27,479 nt of DNA from assembly GCA_031431255.1 (NCBI GenBank), contig JANPDB010000823.1:1-27479 (forward strand). Direction: 5' to 3'. How positions within the stretch are numbered: position 1 is the first letter of the stretch; every line of letters starts with the position of its first letter. Shown here piece by piece: positions 27,479-27,479 of this stretch. This DNA is from Acidimicrobiia bacterium (GTDB lineage Bacteria > Actinomycetota > Acidimicrobiia > Acidimicrobiales > JANYDT01). The notes under the pieces are model-generated. The model had not been told where the DNA came from, searched no databases, and saw nothing but the letters and a program-made list of their open reading frames with translations. The position numbers and the translations under genes were made by a program.

Positions 27479-27479
27479 T

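Noticed and set aside
27380-27479. FtsX permease as an N-terminally truncated pseudogene
   Set aside because: The frame is open to the window edge, so the truncation is a windowing artefact.
1-27479. CRISPR array, tRNA/rRNA, integrase, transposase or phage genes
   Set aside because: No regularly spaced repeats, cloverleaf or rRNA-like sequence, or recombinase motifs were seen on either strand.

Overview
A 27.5 kb high-GC bacterial window, most likely actinobacterial (inferred from the CsoR operator style, TANNNT promoters, lipoprotein-led transporter operons and GTGA/ATGA-coupled genes). About 20 real genes are supported; most other ORFs in the track are antisense or frame shadows. Left to right: (1) divergent csoR/copA copper module with overlapping promoters under one CsoR-type operator; (2) nagB translationally coupled to a Vibrionaceae-type GH9 exo-beta-D-glucosaminidase; (3) an ABC-2 exporter operon (ATPase whose H-loop His is replaced by Pro, two permeases, one lipoprotein); (4) a minus-strand cluster of a degenerate CzcA/CusA-type RND, a 154-aa lipoprotein resembling only the membrane-proximal part of an RND adaptor, an intact CzcA/CusA-type RND, an acidic lipoprotein, an OmpR-family regulator and a HAMP histidine kinase; (5) a ~700 bp palindrome-rich divergent intergenic region; (6) a MacAB-like operon (Cys-repeat lipoprotein, peptidoglycan-binding adaptor with a very long internally duplicated coiled coil, ATPase, MacB/FtsX permease); (7) a convergent FtsX-type permease cut by the window end. 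The best candidate for an undescribed system is (4): a possible heteromeric active-plus-pseudo RND metal pump with a minimal adaptor and no TolC-family gene in the window. No CRISPR array, rRNA, tRNA, integrase or transposase was found. All assignments come from motif reading by eye; no database search was run.
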